64,000 nt of DNA from NCBI GenBank assembly GCA_913055685.1, contig CAJXKC010000001.1:1395734-1459733 (forward strand). Reading direction: 5' to 3'. The stretch comes from an uncultured Flavobacteriales bacterium (GTDB lineage: Bacteria > Bacteroidota > Bacteroidia > Flavobacteriales > Schleiferiaceae). Made by a program: the position numbers and the translations under genes. The notes under the pieces are model-generated. The model was not told the DNA's origin. It saw only the letters and a program-made list of their open reading frames with translations, and searched no databases. Of the stretch, positions 1-12,206 are shown in pieces; position 1 is the stretch's first letter; each line of letters opens with the position of its first letter.

Positions 1-509
1 ACGAAGTAAAAGGTGGTAACGTTCCTAAAGAATTTATTCCATCAGTAGAGAAAGGTTTCAAAGAAGCAATGACTACTGGTGTTTTAGCAGGGTATCCTGT
101 TGATAGCTTAAAAGTTACCTTGAAGGATGGTTCTTTCCACCCAGTGGATTCGGATCAGCTTTCTTTCGAGGTTGCGGCTAAGATGGCTTTCCGTCACGCA
201 GTTCCAAAGGCTAACCCAGTATTGTTAGAGCCTATTATGAAATTGGAGGTATTAACTCCAGAAGAGTATATGGGTGATATCGTGGGTGACTTGAACCGTC
301 GTCGCGGAGTAGTAGAAGGTATGGGTGATCGTAATAACTCTAAAACGATTAAAGCCAAGGTGCCTTTATCTGAAATGTTTGGTTATGTAACCGACTTGCG
401 TACTAACTCTTCAGGTCGTGCGACTTCTACCATGGAATTCTCTCACTTTGATGAGGCTCCAAAAGGTATTGCAGACGAGGTTATTGCAAAAGTTAAGGGT
501 AACGATTAA
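1..509 (+). CDS. fusA: Elongation factor G, C-terminal part (gene begins before the window)
   Basis: Frame open from nt 3 ([18 protein letters not shown]...); EF-G domain IV/V motifs [35 protein letters not shown]. Confidence 0.98.
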   Translation, partial: EVKGGNVPKEFIPSVEKGFKEAMTTGVLAGYPVDSLKVTLKDGSFHPVDSDQLSFEVAAKMAFRHAVPKANPVLLEPIMKLEVLTPEEYMGDIVGDLNRRRGVVEGMGDRNNSKTIKAKVPLSEMFGYVTDLRTNSSGRATSTMEFSHFDEAPKGIADEVIAKVKGND

Positions 510-524
510 GATTTTATTAGAAAG

Positions 525-830
525 ATGAGTCAGAAAATTCGCATTAAATTAAAGTCATACGACCACAACTTAGTAGATAAGTCTGCTGAGAAGATCGTTA
601 AGACCGTAAAGAGCACTGGTGCAATCGTTAATGGTCCAATTCCATTGCCGACCAATAAGCGTATCTACACCGTATTGCGTTCTCCTCACGTAAACAAGAA
701 ATCACGTGAGCAGTTCCAATTATCTTCTTTCAAGCGCTTGTTAGATATCTACAGTTCATCATCTAAGACTATTGATGCCTTGATGAAGTTAGAGCTTCCA
801 AGTGGAGTTGAGGTTGAGATTAAAGTTTGA
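525..830 (+). CDS. rpsJ: 30S ribosomal protein S10
   Basis: [14 protein letters not shown]...GPIPLPT...[13 protein letters not shown]; first gene of the S10 cluster. Confidence 0.99.
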   Translation: MSQKIRIKLKSYDHNLVDKSAEKIVKTVKSTGAIVNGPIPLPTNKRIYTVLRSPHVNKKSREQFQLSSFKRLLDIYSSSSKTIDALMKLELPSGVEVEIKV

Positions 831-862
831 TAGAATAGTATTAATTATAAATAGATTGTCAA

Positions 863-1489
863 ATGCCTGGAATGATCGGTAAAAAGATCGGGATGACAAG
901 CCTCTTTGACGAAAACGGTAAAAATTTACCGTGTACCGTCATCGAAGTAGAGCCCAATGTGGTAACCCAGATCAAGTCCGCTGAGACTGACGGTTACGAA
1001 GCCGTACAAATTGGTTTCGGTGAGAAAAAAGAGAAAGCTACTACAGCTGCCCTTGCCGGACACTTTAAGAAAGCAGGAGTTAGTCCTCGCACTAAATTAA
1101 AGGAGTTCGAATTAAATGGTTACGCTGTAGAATTGAAGGAAGGCGCTGAAATCAGCGTTGACCAATTCGTTGCTGAAGGAGAATTCGTTGATGTAAGCGG
1201 AACTTCTAAAGGTAAAGGATTTCAAGGGGTTGTTAAACGTCATGGCTTTGGTGGTGTAGGTCAAGCTACCCACGGTCAGCACAACCGCTTACGTGCACCT
1301 GGTTCTATTGGTGCAGGTTCAGATCCTTCTCGTGTATTTAAAGGAATGCGTATGGCCGGCCGTATGGGTGGCGCTACCACTGTAGTAGAAAACTTACGTG
1401 TTATTAAAGTAGATGCAGAGAAGAATCTATTAGTTGTTAAAGGGTCGGTTCCAGGTCCTAAGAACTCAATCGTAATAATCACCAAGTAA
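863..1489 (+). CDS. rplC: 50S ribosomal protein L3
   Basis: [29 protein letters not shown] motifs; operon order. Confidence 0.99.
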   Translation: MPGMIGKKIGMTSLFDENGKNLPCTVIEVEPNVVTQIKSAETDGYEAVQIGFGEKKEKATTAALAGHFKKAGVSPRTKLKEFELNGYAVELKEGAEISVDQFVAEGEFVDVSGTSKGKGFQGVVKRHGFGGVGQATHGQHNRLRAPGSIGAGSDPSRVFKGMRMAGRMGGATTVVENLRVIKVDAEKNLLVVKGSVPGPKNSIVIITK

Positions 1490-2118
1490 TGGAATTAGCA
1501 GTATTAGATAGTAAAGGTAAAGACACCGGACGCAAGGTGACTTTGGCTGATGATTTATTCGCGATTGAGCCTAATGAGCATGCTTTATATCTAGATGTTA
1601 AGCAATATTTGGCCAATCAGCGTCAAGGTACTCACAAAGCGAAAGAACGTGCAGAGGTATCTCGTACCACTAAAAAGTTCTTCCGTCAGAAAGGAACTGG
1701 TAACGCACGTGTTGGTTCTTTGAAGAGTCCAGTACAACGTGGTGGTGGTACCGTATTTGGTCCACGTCCTCGTAACTACGGATTCAAATTGAACAAAAAG
1801 TTAAAAGCTTTAGCACGTCGTTCTGCTTTAAGTCAGAAAGCTGCTGATAGCAATATCGTAGTGTTGGAAAGCTTAAAAATGGACGCTCCAAGCACCAAAA
1901 ATTACTTGCAAATTCTAGCGGCGCTAGGGCTTCAAGACAAAAAATCTTTGGTAGTGCTTGGTGAGTCAAATAAAGCTGTATATTTGTCGTCCCGAAATTT
2001 TAAGGGTTCTAATGTTGTAACTGCTTCAGAAATAAACACTTACGCTGTTTTGAACGCTCAAACAGTAGTTTTAACTGAAGATTCATTAGAAAAGCTTGAA
2101 ACTGTTTTAAGAAAGTAG
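1489..2118 (+). CDS. rplD: 50S ribosomal protein L4
   Basis: [35 protein letters not shown]. Confidence 0.99.
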   Translation: MELAVLDSKGKDTGRKVTLADDLFAIEPNEHALYLDVKQYLANQRQGTHKAKERAEVSRTTKKFFRQKGTGNARVGSLKSPVQRGGGTVFGPRPRNYGFKLNKKLKALARRSALSQKAADSNIVVLESLKMDAPSTKNYLQILAALGLQDKKSLVVLGESNKAVYLSSRNFKGSNVVTASEINTYAVLNAQTVVLTEDSLEKLETVLRK

Positions 2119-2121
2119 ACC

Positions 2122-2412
2122 ATGGGCATTTTGATTAAACCAATCATCACCGAAAAGGCGACCGCGGACAGCGAAGAGATGAATCGCTTTGCATTTGAAG
2201 TTGCGGTAGATGCCAATAAGGTTGAAATCCGCAAGGCGGTAGAAGAGCTTTACGGTGTAAACGTAGAAAGTGTTCGTACTATGGTAATGCCAGGTAAGCG
2301 TAAATTCCGCTACACCAAAACTGGTATTAGTCGTGGTAACACTGGTAAGTATAAGAAAGCCATTGTGGAAGTTCGCAGTGGTGAAACTATTGACCTTTAT
2401 AGCGAAATTTAA
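2122..2412 (+). CDS. rplW: 50S ribosomal protein L23
   Basis: [33 protein letters not shown]. Confidence 0.98.
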   Translation: MGILIKPIITEKATADSEEMNRFAFEVAVDANKVEIRKAVEELYGVNVESVRTMVMPGKRKFRYTKTGISRGNTGKYKKAIVEVRSGETIDLYSEI

Positions 2413-2414
2413 TT

Positions 2415-3239
2415 ATGGCTGTACGTAAGTTAAATCCGGTTACTCCCGGACAGCGTTTTAAAGTTGTAGGTCAGTTTGAAACTGTAACCGCCAGCAAGCC
2501 TGAGAAGTCTCTTGTAAAAGGGAAATCAAAGTCGGGCGGACGTAACAATACAGGTAAGATGACCATGCGCCAAATTGGTGGTGGTCACAAGAAGAAATAT
2601 CGTGTAATCGATTTCAAGCGTGATAAAGATGGTATACCAGCAACTGTAAAGTCCATCGAGTATGATCCTAACCGTTCTGCTCGCGTGGCTTTGTTGGTTT
2701 ATGCCGACGGTGAAAAGCGCTACATCATTGCTCCTAATGGCCTTCAAGTAGGTCAGAAGCTTATGAGCGGTAGCGAAGCGACTCCAGAGATCGGTAACAC
2801 CATGTTCTTAGCAGATATTCCATTAGGTACTGTTATTAGTGGTATCGAAATGCGTCCAGGTCAAGGGGCTATCATTGCTCGTTCGGCCGGTGCTTTCGCT
2901 CAGCTAGCAGCTCGTGATGGTAAGTACGCGATTATCAAGTTACCTAGTGGTGAGACTCGTATGATTCTTACTACTTGTAAAGCTACTATTGGTGCGATTG
3001 GAAATTCTGATCACCAATTAGAGCGCAGTGGTAAAGCCGGTCGTAGCCGTTGGTTAGGTCGTCGTCCACGCGTTCGTGGTGTAGCTATGAACCCAGTAGA
3101 TCACCCCATGGGTGGTGGTGAAGGTCGCGCGAGCGGTGGTCACCCACGTTCTCGTACTGGTGTTCCTGCAAAAGGTTACAAGACCCGTACTCCTAAGAAA
3201 GAGTCGAACAAGTATATCATTGAAAGACGTAAAAAGTAA
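2415..3239 (+). CDS. rplB: 50S ribosomal protein L2
   Basis: [38 protein letters not shown]. Confidence 0.99.
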   Translation: MAVRKLNPVTPGQRFKVVGQFETVTASKPEKSLVKGKSKSGGRNNTGKMTMRQIGGGHKKKYRVIDFKRDKDGIPATVKSIEYDPNRSARVALLVYADGEKRYIIAPNGLQVGQKLMSGSEATPEIGNTMFLADIPLGTVISGIEMRPGQGAIIARSAGAFAQLAARDGKYAIIKLPSGETRMILTTCKATIGAIGNSDHQLERSGKAGRSRWLGRRPRVRGVAMNPVDHPMGGGEGRASGGHPRSRTGVPAKGYKTRTPKKESNKYIIERRKK

Positions 3240-3246
3240 TTAAGCT

Positions 3247-3528
3247 ATGGCGAGATCATTAAAGAAAGGTCCTTTTATTCACCATAAGCTGGAGAAGCGT
3301 GTATTGGCGAATGTGGAGAGCGGTAAGAAGTCAGTTATTAAAACTTACTCTCGTGCTTCCATGATTTTCCCTGAAGCGGTGGGTCAGACCATAGCAGTGC
3401 ACAACGGAAGAACTTTTGTTCCTGTATTTGTAACAGAGAACATGGTAGGACACAAATTCGGTGAATTTTCTCTTACCCGTACTTTCCGTGGACACGGTGG
3501 TAATAAAAAAGATAAAGGTAAGCGCTAA
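3247..3528 (+). CDS. rpsS: 30S ribosomal protein S19
   Basis: [30 protein letters not shown]. Confidence 0.99.
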   Translation: MARSLKKGPFIHHKLEKRVLANVESGKKSVIKTYSRASMIFPEAVGQTIAVHNGRTFVPVFVTENMVGHKFGEFSLTRTFRGHGGNKKDKGKR

Positions 3529-3538
3529 GATTTAAGAT

Positions 3539-3970
3539 ATGGGATCTAGAAAAAGACTTAGAGCTGAAGCGAATAAAGTAGCCCGTGAAAACGTGGCGAG
3601 CGCTCAGTTGCGCAATTATCCAACCAGCCCTCGCAAGATGCGCTTGGTAGCGGATATGGTACGCGGAATGGACGTAGATAAGGCTTTGTTCTTATTAAAG
3701 AATAGTCCAAAGCATGCCAGCATTCCTATGGAGAAATTGATTCTTTCTGCAATCAATAACTGGGAGCAGAAGAATGAGGGAGCTCGTATCGAGGATGCAG
3801 CGCTTTACATTTCTGAAATTAAAGTTGATTCTGCGCGTATGTTGAAGCGTATCCAGCCCGCCCCACAGGGTCGTGCTCACCGCATTCGCAAGCGTAGCAA
3901 TCACGTGACTGTAGTAGTAGATGCACGCACTGAGGCAGCTACTGTTGAATCTAACGAAACAAACGAATAA
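3539..3970 (+). CDS. rplV: 50S ribosomal protein L22
   Basis: [35 protein letters not shown]. Confidence 0.99.
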   Translation: MGSRKRLRAEANKVARENVASAQLRNYPTSPRKMRLVADMVRGMDVDKALFLLKNSPKHASIPMEKLILSAINNWEQKNEGARIEDAALYISEIKVDSARMLKRIQPAPQGRAHRIRKRSNHVTVVVDARTEAATVESNETNE

Positions 3971-3974
3971 CCGC

Positions 3975-4694
3975 ATGGGACAGAAGACTAATCCAATAGG
4001 AAATCGATTAGGATTTATCCGCGGCTGGGACAGCAACTGGTATGGTGGTCGTGATTATGGCGACAAGATTGCGGAAGATGCCAAAATCCGTAATTACTTG
4101 TACGCTCGTCTTGCCAAAGCCAGTGTAAGTCGAATCATTATCGAGCGCACTTTAAAACTTGTTACCGTAACAATTACTACCAGTCGTCCTGGTATTATTA
4201 TCGGTAAAGGTGGACAAGAGGTCGATAAGTTGAAAGAAGAGCTTAAAAAGCTCACTAACAAAGAAGTTCAGATTAACATCTTCGAGATCAAACGTCCTGA
4301 ATTAGATGCCAAATTGGTGGCCGATTCTATTGCCCGCCAGATTGAGGGACGTATCTCTTACCGTCGTGCTGTGAAAATGGCTATCGCCGCTTCGATGCGT
4401 ATGGGTGCTGAAGGAATCAAGATTATGGTTTCTGGACGTCTTAATGGTGCGGAAATGGCACGTTCTGAAATGTATAAAGATGGACGTACTCCGTTACACA
4501 CTTTCCGCGCCGACATTGATTATGCTTTATCTGAAGCACATACCACTTATGGTCGCTTAGGAATTAAAGTGTGGATCATGAAAGGCGAAGTATACGGTAA
4601 ACGCGATCTAAGCAATCCATTCGGAGCAGCCAAGAAATCGGGTGCTCAGGGCGGTAACGCTGGTGGCGGACGTAACAGAAGAAAGAGAAAATAA
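3975..4694 (+). CDS. rpsC: 30S ribosomal protein S3
   Basis: Start moved to the ATG at 3975 ([13 protein letters not shown]); [31 protein letters not shown]. Confidence 0.99.
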   Translation: MGQKTNPIGNRLGFIRGWDSNWYGGRDYGDKIAEDAKIRNYLYARLAKASVSRIIIERTLKLVTVTITTSRPGIIIGKGGQEVDKLKEELKKLTNKEVQINIFEIKRPELDAKLVADSIARQIEGRISYRRAVKMAIAASMRMGAEGIKIMVSGRLNGAEMARSEMYKDGRTPLHTFRADIDYALSEAHTTYGRLGIKVWIMKGEVYGKRDLSNPFGAAKKSGAQGGNAGGGRNRRKRK

Positions 4695-4720
4695 TAAGCG
4701 TAGGCTTAAATTATTGAAAG

Positions 4721-5143
4721 ATGTTACAACCTAAAAAGACAAAACATAGAAAGCAGTTTAAAGGCCGTATGAAGGGTAATGCCCAACGCGGTGCTGAAAT
4801 GGCTTTCGGTAGTTTCGGTTTAAAAGCTATGGATTCAGTGTTTATCACTTCACGTCAAATCGAGGCCGCTCGTATTGCAGCGACTCGTTACATGAAGCGT
4901 GAAGGACAGCTTTGGATTCGCATTTTTCCCGATAAACCTATTACCAAAAAGCCTGCGGAAGTACGTATGGGTAAAGGTAAAGGTGCTTTAGATCACTGGG
5001 TAGCAGTTGTTCGTCCCGGACGTATTTTGTTCGAATTGGACGGTGTTAACCAGGATATTGCAAAAGAAGCCTTGCGCTTAGCAGCACAAAAGCTTCCTGT
5101 TAAATGTAAGTTTATCACTCGCCGGGATTATACCGGTGTCTAA
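4721..5143 (+). CDS. rplP: 50S ribosomal protein L16
   Basis: [33 protein letters not shown]. Confidence 0.99.
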   Translation: MLQPKKTKHRKQFKGRMKGNAQRGAEMAFGSFGLKAMDSVFITSRQIEAARIAATRYMKREGQLWIRIFPDKPITKKPAEVRMGKGKGALDHWVAVVRPGRILFELDGVNQDIAKEALRLAAQKLPVKCKFITRRDYTGV

Positions 5144-5156
5144 TTAGATTAGAAAG

Positions 5157-5342
5157 ATGAAGGCATCTGTTATCAAGGAAATGACTACGCAAGAAATTAG
5201 CGAGGCTATTTCAGAGGAAAAGATCAGCTACGACAAGTTACGTATGGCTCATCATATTTCCCCATTGGAAAATCCCATGGAGTTGAAATCAAAAAGAAAG
5301 GTGATCGCACGTTTAGAAACTGAGCTTCGCGCTCGTTCCTAA
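5157..5342 (+). CDS. rpmC: 50S ribosomal protein L29
   Basis: 61 aa, LENPMELKSKRKVIARLETEL; lies between rplP and rpsQ. Confidence 0.96.
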   Translation: MKASVIKEMTTQEISEAISEEKISYDKLRMAHHISPLENPMELKSKRKVIARLETELRARS

Positions 5343-5371
5343 GCCTAGATCTTTAATAAGATTTGTTTCAA

Positions 5372-5632
5372 ATGGAACACAAAAGAAACTTGCGTAAGGA
5401 ACGTGTCGGGATCGTAACCAGCAATAAGATGGATAAGTCTATCGTAGTTGCGGTTGAGAAAAAGCAAAAGCACCCGATGTATGGTAAGTTTATTAAGACT
5501 ACCAAAAAGTTTCATGCTCACGATGAGACGAATGACTGTAATATTGGCGACACTGTTCGCATTATGGAAACTCGTCCTTTGAGCAAGACCAAGAACTGGA
5601 GATTAGTAGAAATCATTGAAAGGGCTAAGTAA
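5372..5632 (+). CDS. rpsQ: 30S ribosomal protein S17
   Basis: ATG at 5372 preferred over TTG at 5363; [31 protein letters not shown]. Confidence 0.98.
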   Translation: MEHKRNLRKERVGIVTSNKMDKSIVVAVEKKQKHPMYGKFIKTTKKFHAHDETNDCNIGDTVRIMETRPLSKTKNWRLVEIIERAK

Positions 5633-5635
5633 GCG

Positions 5636-6004
5636 ATGGTACAACAAGAATCACGACTAAAAGTAGCGGATAACACTGGAGCCAAGGAAGTTTTGGTGAT
5701 CCGCGTATTAGGAGGAACTGGTCGCCGTTACGCTTCGGTAGGCGATCGTATTGTAGTAACCATTAAGGAGTCTACACCTTCTGGTAACGCTAAGAAAGGA
5801 CAAGTGTCCAAGGCAGTAGTGGTACGTACCAAAAAAGAAGTGCGTCGCCCAGACGGGTCTTACATCCGTTTCGATGATAACGCTTGCGTATTGTTGAACG
5901 CTCAAAACGAAATGCGCGGTACTCGTGTATTCGGTCCAGTGGCTCGTGAATTACGCGACAAGCAGTACATGAAAATTGTATCACTAGCGCCAGAGGTGCT
6001 ATAA
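5636..6004 (+). CDS. rplN: 50S ribosomal protein L14
   Basis: [32 protein letters not shown]. Confidence 0.99.
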   Translation: MVQQESRLKVADNTGAKEVLVIRVLGGTGRRYASVGDRIVVTIKESTPSGNAKKGQVSKAVVVRTKKEVRRPDGSYIRFDDNACVLLNAQNEMRGTRVFGPVARELRDKQYMKIVSLAPEVL

Positions 6005-6014
6005 AGGATTAACA

Positions 6015-6335
6015 ATGGCAAAGTTTCATATTAAAAAAGGAGACAAGGTAATCGTACTTTCCGGCGAAGATAAAGGCAAGGAAGGTGTGGTTTTAGAAAT
6101 GCTTCCCAAGAAAGGTAAAGCTATTGTTGAAGGTATTAACGTAGTTAAGAAACATCAGAAGCCAAGCGCTACTAACCCACAGGGTGGTATCGAAGAAACT
6201 GAGGCTCCTATTTATGTTTCTAAACTAATGTTGGTAGATCCTAGCACTGGCAAACCCACTCGTGTAGGTCGTAAGGCAGACGAGAACGGGAACTTGGTTC
6301 GATACTCAAAGAAAACTCAAGAGATTATTAAGTAA
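6015..6335 (+). CDS. rplX: 50S ribosomal protein L24
   Basis: KOW motif [19 protein letters not shown]; [15 protein letters not shown]. Confidence 0.99.
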   Translation: MAKFHIKKGDKVIVLSGEDKGKEGVVLEMLPKKGKAIVEGINVVKKHQKPSATNPQGGIEETEAPIYVSKLMLVDPSTGKPTRVGRKADENGNLVRYSKKTQEIIK

Positions 6336-6883
6336 TGGACTTTTCTACCAAATTAAAGGACAAATACCAAGAGCAAATCATTGCGGCCTTAACTGAGGAA
6401 TTCGGTTATAAAAACCGCATGGAAGTTCCACGCTTGCAAAAGATCGTGTTATCTCAAGGTGTTGGCGATGCTACAGGTGATAAGAAACTTGTAGATCAAG
6501 CTGTAGAGCAAATGACTTCTATTGCTGGTCAGAAAGCAGTAGTTACTTATTCAAAAAAGGATATCTCTAACTTTAAACTTCGTAAGGGAATGCCAATTGG
6601 TGCAAAGGTTACTTTGCGTGGCAACCAGATGTTTGAATTTTTAGAGCGTTTACTTTGGTCTGCTTTACCTCGTATCCGTGATTTCAACGGAATCAAGAAT
6701 AATGGTTTTGATGGACGTGGTAACTATACTTTAGGTATCACCGAGCAGATCATTTTCCCAGAGATGAATATTGATCAAGTAAGTCGTATTACCGGTATGG
6801 ATATCACTTTTGTGACAACCGCAGATACCGATAAGGAGGCTTTCGCATTATTAAAACATTTAGGTTTACCCTTCAAAAAATAA
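6335..6883 (+). CDS. rplE: 50S ribosomal protein L5
   Basis: [41 protein letters not shown]. Confidence 0.99.
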   Translation: MDFSTKLKDKYQEQIIAALTEEFGYKNRMEVPRLQKIVLSQGVGDATGDKKLVDQAVEQMTSIAGQKAVVTYSKKDISNFKLRKGMPIGAKVTLRGNQMFEFLERLLWSALPRIRDFNGIKNNGFDGRGNYTLGITEQIIFPEMNIDQVSRITGMDITFVTTADTDKEAFALLKHLGLPFKK

Positions 6884-6886
6884 GTT

Positions 6887-7156
6887 ATGGCTAAAGAATC
6901 AATGAAAGCGCGCGAGCGCAAACGTGAAGCAATGGTAGCCAAGTACGCTGAGAAGCGTGCCGCCTTGAAGGCAGCAGGTGACTACGAAGCATTACAAAAG
7001 CTTCCAAAGAACGCCTCTCCAGTGCGTATGCACAACCGTTGTAAATTGACCGGCCGCCCTCGCGGTTATATGCGTCAGTTCGGTATTTCAAGGGTAACCT
7101 TCAGAGAAATGGCCAATGCGGGATTAATCCCAGGTGTTAAAAAAGCCAGTTGGTAA
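6887..7156 (+). CDS. rpsN: 30S ribosomal protein S14 (long, zinc-independent form)
   Basis: 89 aa; [14 protein letters not shown]...[11 protein letters not shown]; only one Cys. Confidence 0.99.
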   Translation: MAKESMKARERKREAMVAKYAEKRAALKAAGDYEALQKLPKNASPVRMHNRCKLTGRPRGYMRQFGISRVTFREMANAGLIPGVKKASW

Positions 7157-7169
7157 ATTAGATTTAGCG

Positions 7170-7568
7170 ATGATTACAGATCCAATTGCAGATTATTTGA
7201 ATCGGGTTCGTAACGCCATCATGGCGGGACACAAAATCGTAGAAATTCCTGCTTCTAACTTGAAGAAGGAGATTACCCGTATTCTACAAGATCAAGGTTT
7301 TATCCTTAACCACAAAGTGGAGGATAATGGTCCTCAAGGTACCATTAAGATTGCCTTGAAGTATGATAAAGTTACCAACGAGCCTGCTATCCGCTCTTTG
7401 AAGCGTGTGAGTAAGCCAGGATTGCGTACCTACCGTGGTAGTGGCGAGTTACCTCGTGTTATCAATGGTTTAGGTGTGGCAATCGTGTCTACCTCTAAAG
7501 GTGTAATGACCGATAAGCAAGCCCGTAAAGAAAATGTAGGTGGCGAAGTACTTTGCTACGTATACTAA
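7170..7568 (+). CDS. rpsH: 30S ribosomal protein S8
   Basis: Start moved to ATG 7170 ([15 protein letters not shown]); [26 protein letters not shown]. Confidence 0.99.
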   Translation: MITDPIADYLNRVRNAIMAGHKIVEIPASNLKKEITRILQDQGFILNHKVEDNGPQGTIKIALKYDKVTNEPAIRSLKRVSKPGLRTYRGSGELPRVINGLGVAIVSTSKGVMTDKQARKENVGGEVLCYVY

Positions 7569-7578
7569 AAATTAGAAG

Positions 7579-8130
7579 ATGTCACGAGTAGGAAATTCCC
7601 CCATTACTATCCCAGCTGGTGTTGAAGTAAAGTTCAACGATGGTGTAGTTACCGTGAAGGGTAAACTAGGCGAGCTTAGTCAGACGATCTCAGAAGCTAT
7701 CGATATTACTATCGAAGGTGAGGTTTTAACTGTAGCTCGTAAAAATGAAGAGAAGCAAACCCGCGCCGACCACGGATTGTATCGTTCTTTGATCAATAAC
7801 ATGGTGCAAGGTGTTTCTACTGGCTTTGAAAAGAAATTAGAGCTAGTAGGGGTTGGATATCGTGCTTCTAACCAGGGTCAGCGCCTTGACCTTTCTTTAG
7901 GTTATTCACACAATATCGTGATTGAATTACCCAAAGAAGTTCAGGTAAATACTGTATCTGAAAAAGGTAAAAACCCGATCGTAGAGTTAAAGAGTCATGA
8001 TAAGCAGCTTGTAGGAATGGTTGCGGCAAAGATTCGTTCTTTCCGTAAGCCTGAGCCTTATAAAGGTAAAGGTGTTCGCTATGTAGGCGAGTACATCCGT
8101 AGAAAAGCCGGTAAAACTGCTAGCAAATAA
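7579..8130 (+). CDS. rplF: 50S ribosomal protein L6
   Basis: MSRVGNSPI, LELVGVGYRA, RKPEPYKGKGVRY. Confidence 0.99.
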   Translation: MSRVGNSPITIPAGVEVKFNDGVVTVKGKLGELSQTISEAIDITIEGEVLTVARKNEEKQTRADHGLYRSLINNMVQGVSTGFEKKLELVGVGYRASNQGQRLDLSLGYSHNIVIELPKEVQVNTVSEKGKNPIVELKSHDKQLVGMVAAKIRSFRKPEPYKGKGVRYVGEYIRRKAGKTASK

Positions 8131-8137
8131 TTAAGAG

Positions 8138-8491
8138 ATGGCACTTACTAAAACACAAAGAAGAACAAGAATTCGCAATAGAATTCGCAAGAATGTTAAC
8201 GGTGACGCTCAGATTCCACGCCTTTCCGTGTTTCGTTCAAACAAAGAGATTTACGCTCAGTTGATCGACGACGTTAGTGGAAAGACTTTGGCAGCTGCAT
8301 CCTCTATGGATAAAGGCCTTGCTAAAGAAGGAACCAAGTCAGATATAGCTAAAGCAGTGGGTGTGGCCTTGGCCAAAAAAGCTGCGGAAGCAGGTGTTGA
8401 ACAATGCGCTTTCGATCGCGGTGGATATTTATACCACGGTCGTGTTAAGGCTCTTGCCGAAGGTGCACGCGAAGGTGGTTTAAAATTTTAA
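8138..8491 (+). CDS. rplR: 50S ribosomal protein L18
   Basis: [40 protein letters not shown]. Confidence 0.99.
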   Translation: MALTKTQRRTRIRNRIRKNVNGDAQIPRLSVFRSNKEIYAQLIDDVSGKTLAAASSMDKGLAKEGTKSDIAKAVGVALAKKAAEAGVEQCAFDRGGYLYHGRVKALAEGAREGGLKF

Positions 8492-8500
8492 GGTAGCCTT

Positions 8501-9025
8501 ATGATTAAAGGACATAAAAATATTCAACGAGTAAAGCCTAGTGGCTTGGAGTTAACCGACCGCGTGGTTGGGATCCAGCGTGTAACTAAGGTAACTAAGG
8601 GTGGTCGTACCTTCGGTTTCTCTGCTATCGTAGTGGTAGGTGACGAGAAAGGAGTGGCAGGCTACGGATTAGGTAAAAGTAAAGAGGTATCTGAGGCTAT
8701 TCAGAAAGGAATCGAAGATGCTAAGAAAAACTTGGTTCGTATTCCTTTAGTGAAAAACACTATTCCGCACGAGCAAAATGGTAAATTTGGCGGCGCTCGC
8801 GTTTTCTTGCGTCCTGCTTCCAATGGTACCGGTGTAATCGCTGGTGGTGCCATGCGTGCAGTGTTAGAAAGCTGTGGAGTACATGATGTATTAGCAAAAT
8901 CAAAAGGTTCGTCAAATCCACACAATGTGGTGAAGGCTACCTTCGATGCACTATTATCACTTCGTGATGCTGGTGCTATTGCTAAGACTCGTGGTATTAG
9001 CGTTGACAAAGTATTTAACGGTTAA
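8501..9025 (+). CDS. rpsE: 30S ribosomal protein S5
   Basis: [33 protein letters not shown]. Confidence 0.99.
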   Translation: MIKGHKNIQRVKPSGLELTDRVVGIQRVTKVTKGGRTFGFSAIVVVGDEKGVAGYGLGKSKEVSEAIQKGIEDAKKNLVRIPLVKNTIPHEQNGKFGGARVFLRPASNGTGVIAGGAMRAVLESCGVHDVLAKSKGSSNPHNVVKATFDALLSLRDAGAIAKTRGISVDKVFNG

Positions 9026-9035
9026 GATTTGATTC

Positions 9036-9218
9036 ATGGCTAAGATCAGAGTTAAACAAGTTCGCAGTAAAATCAACCGTCCTGAAGACCAAAAGCGTAC
9101 CCTCGCTGCTTTAGGTTTGCGTAAGATGAATCAGGTAGTAGAGCACGAAGCTACTCCCCAAATTTTAGGTATGGTGCGTAAAGTATCGCACTTACTTGAA
9201 GTGGAAGAATTGAACTAA
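9036..9218 (+). CDS. rpmD: 50S ribosomal protein L30
   Basis: QKRTLAALGLRKMNQVV, GMVRKVSHLL. Confidence 0.98.
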   Translation: MAKIRVKQVRSKINRPEDQKRTLAALGLRKMNQVVEHEATPQILGMVRKVSHLLEVEELN

Positions 9219-9240
9219 GCATTTTTAGAATTTATAAAAG

Positions 9241-9690
9241 ATGAGCTTAAACAATCTTAAACCAGCAGAAGGATCCGTAAAAAATACCAAGCGTATTGCA
9301 CGTGGTGAAGGATCTGGTCATGGTGGTACTTCTACGCGCGGTCACAAAGGGGCCAAGTCTCGTAGTGGTTACAAATCCAAGATCGGTTTCGAAGGTGGTC
9401 AAATGCCTTTGCAACGTCGTGTACCAAAATTTGGTTTCACAAACCCAAATCGTGTTGAATACAATGCCATTAACTTAGACGCTATCCAAGCTCTAGTTGA
9501 TAATGGTAAGGTTAAGGATACAGTAAGTATGCAAGACCTAGTAGAAAACGGGTTAGTAGCCAAGAAGGATTTAGTGAAAGTACTAGGTCGTGGTGAATTG
9601 AAAGCAAAATTGACTATTGAAGCCAACGCCTTCTCAGCTTCTGCGAAAGCAGCAATTGAGGCTCAAGGTGGTGAGGCAAAAACGCTATAA
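9241..9690 (+). CDS. rplO: 50S ribosomal protein L15
   Basis: [35 protein letters not shown]. Confidence 0.99.
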   Translation: MSLNNLKPAEGSVKNTKRIARGEGSGHGGTSTRGHKGAKSRSGYKSKIGFEGGQMPLQRRVPKFGFTNPNRVEYNAINLDAIQALVDNGKVKDTVSMQDLVENGLVAKKDLVKVLGRGELKAKLTIEANAFSASAKAAIEAQGGEAKTL

Positions 9691-9698
9691 TTTAGAGC

Positions 9699-11039
9699 AT
9701 GAAGCGATTTATTGATACCATCAAGAATATCTGGGCAATCGACGAGTTAAGAGAAAAGATTCTTTTGACTTTAGGTCTATTGCTTATTTATCGCTTAGGC
9801 TCTAACGTAGTACTTCCAGGTATTGATACTGAGAGTTTAACCGGATTACAGTCACAAGCCGATGGCGGACTGATTGGCATTTTGGATGCCTTTACCGGTG
9901 GTGCATTTTCGAATGCCTCCATTTTAGCTTTAGGTATTATGCCTTATATCTCTGCTAGCATTGTAATTCAATTGCTAGGTATGGCAGTCCCTTCTATTCA
10001 GAAGATGCAGAAAGAAGGAGAGAGTGGTCGTCGTAAATTAAACCAGATTACTCGCTTACTGACCATTGGTATTACTATGGCTCAAGCACCAGGTTATATT
10101 GCCAACCTTACTTCCCAAGGGGTAGCGGTTTCTATTAACCCACAATTGTTCTGGACCCAAAGTATCATTGTACTTACAGCGGGAACTATTTTTGCAATGT
10201 GGTTAGGGGAGCGTATTACTGATAAAGGTATTGGTAATGGTATTTCACTACTTATTATGGTGGGCATCATTGCAAGCTTACCGCAAGCTTTCTTCCAAGA
10301 ATTGGTTTCTAAAATGGAACGTTCTGGTGGTGGTCTGGTATTATTCGTAGTGGAAATTGCAGCCTTATTAATTGTTATTTTATTATCGGTTGGTTTAGTG
10401 CAGGCGGTGCGTCGAGTGCCGGTGCAATATGCTAAGCGAACTACTGGTGGTCGTACCTTCACAGGTAATATGGCCCGTCAGTACATTCCTTTAAAGGTGA
10501 ACGCGGCTGGGGTAATGCCTATCATCTTCGCTCAGGCGATTATGTTCATTCCTATCACCGTTTTATCTTACAGCGGACTAGAAACTGGAAATGCCACTTG
10601 GTTGGTTTCGATGTTCTCTGATATACAAGGTTTCTGGTACAACTTCGTGTTTGCCGTTCTCATCATTTTATTTACCTATTTCTACACCGCGATTCAGGTA
10701 AATACAAATCAGATGGCTGAGGACTTAAAACGCAATGGAGGTTTTGTTCCAGGGATTAAGCCTGGTAAGGCTACCGCTGAGTTTTTAGATACGGTATTAT
10801 CGCGTATCACTTTACCTGGATCTATTTTCTTAGCGATCCTAGCCATTTTACCAGCATTTGCGATGACTGCAGGTGTTAATACTCAGTTTGCCTATTTCTA
10901 CGGCGGTACCAGTCTGTTGATTATGGTAGGTGTAGTTTTAGATACACTGCAGCAAATTGAAAGTTATTTATTGAATCGTCATTACGACGGTTTAATGAAA
11001 AATGGAAAGTTAAAAGGGAGAGCAGTTAGCGCTTTCTAA
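9699..11039 (+). CDS. secY: Preprotein translocase subunit SecY
   Basis: [43 protein letters not shown]; about 10 TM segments. Confidence 0.99.
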   Translation: MKRFIDTIKNIWAIDELREKILLTLGLLLIYRLGSNVVLPGIDTESLTGLQSQADGGLIGILDAFTGGAFSNASILALGIMPYISASIVIQLLGMAVPSIQKMQKEGESGRRKLNQITRLLTIGITMAQAPGYIANLTSQGVAVSINPQLFWTQSIIVLTAGTIFAMWLGERITDKGIGNGISLLIMVGIIASLPQAFFQELVSKMERSGGGLVLFVVEIAALLIVILLSVGLVQAVRRVPVQYAKRTTGGRTFTGNMARQYIPLKVNAAGVMPIIFAQAIMFIPITVLSYSGLETGNATWLVSMFSDIQGFWYNFVFAVLIILFTYFYTAIQVNTNQMAEDLKRNGGFVPGIKPGKATAEFLDTVLSRITLPGSIFLAILAILPAFAMTAGVNTQFAYFYGGTSLLIMVGVVLDTLQQIESYLLNRHYDGLMKNGKLKGRAVSAF

Positions 11040-11050
11040 GAGCATTAATT

Positions 11051-11266
11051 ATGGCGAAGCAATCAGCAATCGAACAAGACGGCACTATTGTAGAAGCATT
11101 AAGTAATGCTATGTTCCGCGTAGAATTAGAGAATGGTCATGTTATTACCGCTCACATCTCCGGAAAAATGCGCATGAACTACATTAAGCTATTACCAGGA
11201 GATAAGGTGAAGCTAGAAATGTCTCCTTATGACCTAACCAAAGGACGTATTACTTACCGATATTAA
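11051..11266 (+). CDS. infA: Translation initiation factor IF-1
   Basis: [39 protein letters not shown]. Confidence 0.99.
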   Translation: MAKQSAIEQDGTIVEALSNAMFRVELENGHVITAHISGKMRMNYIKLLPGDKVKLEMSPYDLTKGRITYRY

Positions 11267-11270
11267 TATT

Positions 11271-11387
11271 ATGAAAGTAAGAGCATCATTAAAAAAGAGA
11301 AGTGCAGACTGCAAAATTGTACGACGCAAAGGCAGATTGTACGTAATCAACAAGAAGAACCCCAAATTCAAACAACGACAAGGTTAA
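11271..11387 (+). CDS. rpmJ: 50S ribosomal protein L36, type B (zinc-independent, YkgO-like); absent from the ORF track
   Basis: Translated by hand: [38 protein letters not shown] (38 aa), ATG 11271, TAA 11385-11387; canonical position between infA and rpsM. Confidence 0.97.
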   Translation: MKVRASLKKRSADCKIVRRKGRLYVINKKNPKFKQRQG

Positions 11388-11399
11388 TATCTAACTGAT

Positions 11400-11777
11400 A
11401 TGGCGAGAATTGCAGGAATAGATTTACCAAAAAACAAGCGTGGCGTAATTGGCCTCACTTACATTTTTGGTATTGGTCAGAGCCGCGCTGAGAAAATCCT
11501 TACGGAAGCCGGTATCGACCCAAACATTAAAGTTAGCGACTGGAACGACGATCAGTTAACCACAATCCGTGGTATCATTTCTGATACTTACAAAGTGGAA
11601 GGGGAACTTCGTTCAGAAATTCAGTTGAATATTAAGCGCTTGATGGACATCGGTTGTAACCGTGGTATTCGTCACCGTGCTGGTTTACCACTACGCGGTC
11701 AACGTACCAAGAATAACTCTCGTACTCGTAAGGGTCGTAGAAAAACTGTTGCCAACAAGAAGAAGGCCACTAAATAA
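11400..11777 (+). CDS. rpsM: 30S ribosomal protein S13
   Basis: [36 protein letters not shown]. Confidence 0.99.
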   Translation: MARIAGIDLPKNKRGVIGLTYIFGIGQSRAEKILTEAGIDPNIKVSDWNDDQLTTIRGIISDTYKVEGELRSEIQLNIKRLMDIGCNRGIRHRAGLPLRGQRTKNNSRTRKGRRKTVANKKKATK

Positions 11778-11790
11778 TATTTGACGCATT

Positions 11791-12183
11791 ATGGCAAAGA
11801 AGCAAGCAAAAGTTAGCAAAAAGCGTAAAGTAGTTGTTGAAGCAGCGGGTGAAGCCCACATTAATGCTTCTTTTAACAACATTATTATTTCGCTTACTAA
11901 TACTCGCGGTCAAGTAATCTCATGGTCTAGTGCCGGTAAAATGGGATTCCGTGGTTCTAAGAAAAACACTCCTTACGCAGCTCAAATGGCGGCAGAGGAT
12001 TGTGCTACCAAGGCGGCAGAGTATGGCCTTAAGAAAGTTAAGGTATTCGTAAAAGGTCCAGGTAACGGTCGCGAATCTGCGATTCGTAGCATCCACAACA
12101 GTGGAGTAGAAGTAACGGAAATTGTTGACGTTACTCCAATTCCACACAATGGTTGTCGTCCTCCGAAAAGAAGAAGAGTTTAA
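11791..12183 (+). CDS. rpsK: 30S ribosomal protein S11
   Basis: [40 protein letters not shown]. Confidence 0.99.
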   Translation: MAKKQAKVSKKRKVVVEAAGEAHINASFNNIIISLTNTRGQVISWSSAGKMGFRGSKKNTPYAAQMAAEDCATKAAEYGLKKVKVFVKGPGNGRESAIRSIHNSGVEVTEIVDVTPIPHNGCRPPKRRRV

Positions 12184-12206
12184 TAATCTACTTAGATTAA
12201 TTAGTA

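Noticed and set aside
3921-3974. Upstream extension of the S3 ORF in the track
   Set aside because: Overlaps rplV; the conserved MGQK N-terminus starts at 3975
519-5159. AGAAAG before several ATGs as an extended SD pairing with a 16S ...CUUUCU end
   Set aside because: Zero spacing to the start codon is incompatible with SD geometry; more likely A-rich initiation context
7134-7169. Upstream extension of the S8 ORF
   Set aside because: Overlaps rpsN; the conserved start is MITDPIAD at 7170
11039-11051. Absence of adk and map between secY and infA, and of tuf between fusA and rpsJ
   Set aside because: Ordinary gene-order variation in Bacteroidota
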